Part shown: positions 60,001 to 64,000 of the stretch, piece by piece
Numbering within the stretch: the stretch's first letter is position 1
Layout: each line of letters starts with the position of its first letter
Source: Chlorokybus atmophyticus
Lineage: Eukaryota; Plantae; Mesostigma and Chlorokybus algae
Assembly (NCBI GenBank): GCA_009103225.1
Contig: RHPI01001715.1
Span: 454,099 to 518,098 of the forward strand
Direction: 5' to 3'
DNA length: 64,000 nucleotides
The notes under the pieces: model-generated
What the model was told of the DNA's origin: nothing
Databases searched by the model: none
What the model saw: the letters and a program-made list of their open reading frames with translations, nothing else
Position numbers and translations under genes: made by a program

Positions 60001-62451
60001 GAGTGTACACCCAACAACCACAGACACTCGCATATACACGCATGCTTGTGTCTGTGTGTGCGCGTGTGCACTTGAGTGAACAGACCCGCACGCACACGCA
60101 CACGCACAGTCCCTCATCCTCATGGTGCCTCACCTTGTGGACAAGTCGCCCTTGGGTCCATGCAGTTGTATCCCACCACTCCGCAGTTGCCCGTGTCGAT
60201 GTTGCACGTGAAGGGGCAGCAGTCCCCGCCGTCCCACCCGCACGCCTCGCTGTTGTAGTTGTTGCCGCGCGCGTCCAGCGAGTCGCATATGCCGTCGCCA
60301 AGACGGGAAGCATCCGCCACAACACATGCTGTCGTATGCGACAGTAAGCTCTTAATAGCAGCACTTCATACGCAATGTGCGCGTGGGCGTGTGCGCGTAT
60401 GTGCGCGTGTTTGTGTGCATGTGGCTGCATGAGTATGTGTGCATCTGTGCATCTGTGTGCGTGTGCGCGCGCGCGCGTGTGGGCGTATGTGTGTGCGCAT
60501 GCGCGTGTGCACGTGCGTGTGCGTGCTTGCGTGTAACAACTCACCATGTCTGTCGCTTTGGGTCTGGTGGCTCGGGTCTTTGCAGGTGAATCCTGTTGTC
60601 CCGCACTCGAAGGTGCCATTGGTACACGTGTCTCGGCAGCAGTCGCCCCCGTCCCAGTTGCACGCAGCGGTGTTGTACGGCGCCATGCCGTTGCACCAGC
60701 CGTCCCCGAGCCAAGAAGGAGTAGGCACCACGCAACCTACAAATACCAAAGTCACACAGTCAAGGTGGGTATGCGTGCTTGCACGCACATGCGCACGTAC
60801 GTGCACACACGCGCGCGCGCGCACAGAAACACAGAATAGGCGTGCATCCGCTCACCATGCGCACGTGTGCGCAGCAACCGCAGCATCATCAACAACAAAC
60901 CCCCTACCTGCATAGCACAGCTCCCCGACATCGAAGAACCTCTCCCCATCATACGCCACTTCCATCTTGACGCACTCCCCTCCCACCCCCTCCGGCGCCT
61001 CGCACTGTATGGCTTCGGGGTGCTGCCCCTGCGACGGCCACGTCGCCGCCACGGTGAATGGTATCCCGTTGACAGGGGTGAAGCGGCAGGCGGGCTGGGA
61101 GATGCACTTGGAGAAAGAGGGGAGGCGGTCGTCCCAGTAGAAGAGGGTGCCGCCGAGGGAACCGATGGGGTTGGGGGAGATGGCGGAACCGTTGCTCACG
61201 GGGGTGGCTGAGAAGTGGACATGTTGTCAGCAAGAGGAACGTACTAGTCAGTGTGCATGTGCCATGTATACAACACACACAACATGCACATAATGTATAC
61301 ACGCGCGCACGCATGCATGCATGCACGCACACATACATGACGTACCGTAGTGGCGGTACGTGTGTGCGTTTTCATCGCTGAACCTGCGGTGTCAACAACC
61401 CGTAATCAGCACACCCGACACGACACGTACACACGCGTAGTAGCGTGACACGACATCTTTACATACCATATGCAGACATCGCGCATACGACGTGACACAC
61501 ACCTGAGATACGACCCGTCGGCCTGTTGCAGCTGCAAGTTGTATCCCGTCCTCCCGATGGAGTCCGGGTCCGCCGGCACCGTGCACACCACTTGCGTGGG
61601 TGAGCACGACACTGGCGGGGAGAGGAGCACACTACCACCGTCGAGTAACTCACGCCCGTGCTCAGTATACGTCGCATTCATACTGTCTTCCACTTCGTCT
61701 GATTCAGATAATAGGCGTCTGTATCCTGGGTGTCTTCTCGGGTTGCATCTCGCCCCCATGATGGGCCGGCAACCGTACCCGCCCTCGTTGAGGTTGATGC
61801 CCTGCAGACGGCAGAGCAGACCGGAGCAGTCGAAGTGGACGCCCGTGATCGTGACCGTGGCGTCCGACTCGCCCGCGCCGCATTGAGGGGAAGACTCGAG
61901 CATACGAGGGTCTGAGGACACAGACACACGTATGCATGAGAAACGCGCGAAAGCAGGCACATACGCGCACACACGCACACGCACACACACGCACACACGC
62001 ATGCACGCACGCGTGTGCACACATGCACGCACACCCACACATCTCCCATCCTCACCTTCTGTCGCTGTTGGGTCCAGGCACGCGTACCCCTTGACTGCCC
62101 CGCACTGCGTGCTTGCTGTGTCGACGCAGGTGCTTGGGCAGCAGTCGCCGTGGTCCCAGTCGCAGAGGGGGGTGTTGTACTGGTCGGAACACTTGGCGTC
62201 CGAGTAAGGCTGCTGACAAACTGCGAGGAGGATGTCATGTTGGTTCATTCACTCTTTTGCTTAGGTGCGCGTGCGTGTGAAGGTGCGCGTGCGCGTGTGC
62301 ATGTGCGTGTGCGTGAGGGCGCGTGCGCGTGCCTGTTTTTGTATGTGCATGTCTACTATGGCATCATGGTGGCTTTGCAGTGCTTACCTTGCGCATATGT
62401 TGACAGGCCCAGGCACGCGACGATGAGCAGCGGCAGCACGAGGCGAGGCAT
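57003..62451 (-). CDS. Secreted protein with about 6 LNR (Lin12/Notch) repeats, an Ig/TIG-like region and a C-terminal NHL-repeat beta-propeller (about 16 exons)
   Basis: Signal-peptide-like MPRLVLPLLIVACLGLSTYAQ from ATG 62451. Repeated GDG.CD...YNTAAC.WDGGDCC exons. Repeated TLAG...G..DG....ARF..P.GLA.......LYVAD exons. Stop at 57003-57005. Confidence 0.9.
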
Positions 62452-64000
62452 GGCGCCCGACCGGCTTCTCCCCTGGCCCGGTAAAACAATACATCAATAA
62501 CATTGCAGTTGAAACGCGCAAGCGAGATGGAGGCTTAAAATTCAAGCAACGACTCTGAAGAAGAAGTAGTTGAGCTGCTTGCTTAATTGGTTCCAACCCA
62601 ACTGCTTCTTGCACGCTTTGATAGATGTGTGACGGCGTATGGGCTAACTATGGTGATGCCCACATGCGTGTCCTCATTGTCAGATATACGGCACAGCTAC
62701 TCACATCATCAGAAAAACGAACTAGGTTGGCAATGTTCCTTGGTTCAAACCATGTCCACAAAGTTAATTGGTGACACCCAAGTCTGGGATCCATGTTTCA
62801 CTGGTCGCGAGCGTTTTTGTCTATCAGGATGCTCAAATGTATGGTAGTTGAAGTGGTTGTGAGCATAACACAACAAGACTACTGTTTGTTGTTCAACCAC
62901 TCACCCTACACTCTTTCAAGCAGCTGCCGTGGCTTGGCCTGCCTCCGCCTTATCAAGCTGACAAGCTCAGCTCCAGTAGCAAACGTTGTTGTTGTTGTTG
63001 TTGCTGCTGCTGTTGTTCTACACGCTGTGGCCAGCTATGACACCGCTCAGCAGCCTTCCCACAGAAGTGTACAACTATCCACCCCTCCCCAAAAGCAAAC
63101 TATCTGAGTAGTAGGTCAGCCTACTCTACCAGACCGAATGAAGCCACCGACATATATCAACTCTCTCTCTCATACGGTAGCCATACACAAGCTTAGTTTA
63201 GCTTTGCTTAGCACGCTAAATGGTGCGCGCGTGCGTGTGTATTCCTAAGCTTACGCAAAAGCACAACTGCTGAGAGGAAGGACGGAAAAGCAACAACAGA
63301 ATCTCTCCCAAAAATGTCGCAACACCCAGAGAGGAATGATTACCACGCCGAAACCTGTTTATCCCCCAAGATAGTAAGCGGCTTACTATACATGTATACT
63401 AGTGGCAAGTTGTTGACGAGGTGCAAAGGTACTGTAAGTGACTCGGGCGCAAAGCTGTGTATGAGACTCTCTCAGCCTGAGAGAAGCTCTCAACAGCAAC
63501 CCACACTGGCAGCAGTGGCTCACCACTCCACCTCTAATTGATTGCATTGCCAGTTGCAAAAGCGGTAGCGGCAGCGCCTTCAACCGTCGCCGCGCCGACA
63601 GCTCAGTTACGCTCCCGAACGACGCGCATCGGGAATACGGCAGGTGGGCGTAACGTGTCGTCATCGCAGCTACGGTTATGTGCTTGAGTTGAGCCTGGAC
63701 TGCGTAACGCGGTCACGCTCATAGGCCGAGTGTCATCCCAGCCGTCTAACCCTAATCCCCGCAGACGAGGCGACGTATTCCTGAGTAGAACCAAGACCGA
63801 GGAATTGGGTGTGATGTTGGGTTCCAGTCTCGAACTTTTAGAGGGCGGAAATGTAGTCATGTCATGCAACCTCGTACATGTACCATGCCACAATACCGGT
63901 AACTCAGCTGCCCCGTGGCCAGCCAGTGGCTGGCCAAGGAGAAGCTGAATAAGGTACAGGCGTTACAGAAGGTTACACATTGAGGGGCGGTTCCCCACAG

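Noticed and set aside
63744-63760. TCTAACCCTAATCCC as a telomeric tract
   Set aside because: Fewer than two perfect units; compatible with chance.
63603-64000. ORFs at the right window edge as a retroelement fragment
   Set aside because: No diagnostic motif; truncated by the window end.

Overview
Eukaryotic genomic DNA, most likely from an alga or early-diverging plant-type lineage (RWP-RK gene, short GT-AG introns, TTAGGG-type repeats, Met-type PBS). The exact organism cannot be determined from the sequence. Positions ~1-47.6 kb are a deeply nested, mostly decayed transposon cluster. It contains: two Ty3/gypsy retrotransposons, each with a Dam-like methyltransferase domain between gag and protease; three CACA-terminated CMC/EnSpm-like DNA elements (510-10570, 11204-16481, 22235-27871); a 21.6 kb TIR-bounded insertion (21835-43403) that splits a gypsy RT at a duplicated GTAC; two solo LTRs with perfect 5-bp TSDs; and a Plavaka-type DNA transposon (~29.0-40.6 kb). 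The Plavaka-type element is the most notable object. It carries an uninterrupted, phage-like C5-cytosine methyltransferase ORF preceded by a Tudor-like reader motif, an OTU-like protease gene and a further unknown ORF. Positions ~47.6-53 kb are largely non-coding. The right end holds two convergent host genes: an RWP-RK transcription factor (+) and a secreted LNR-repeat/NHL-repeat protein (-). There is one assembly gap (13314-14077). No rRNA, tRNA or CRISPR array was recognised. All domain calls are motif recognition by eye, not database searches.
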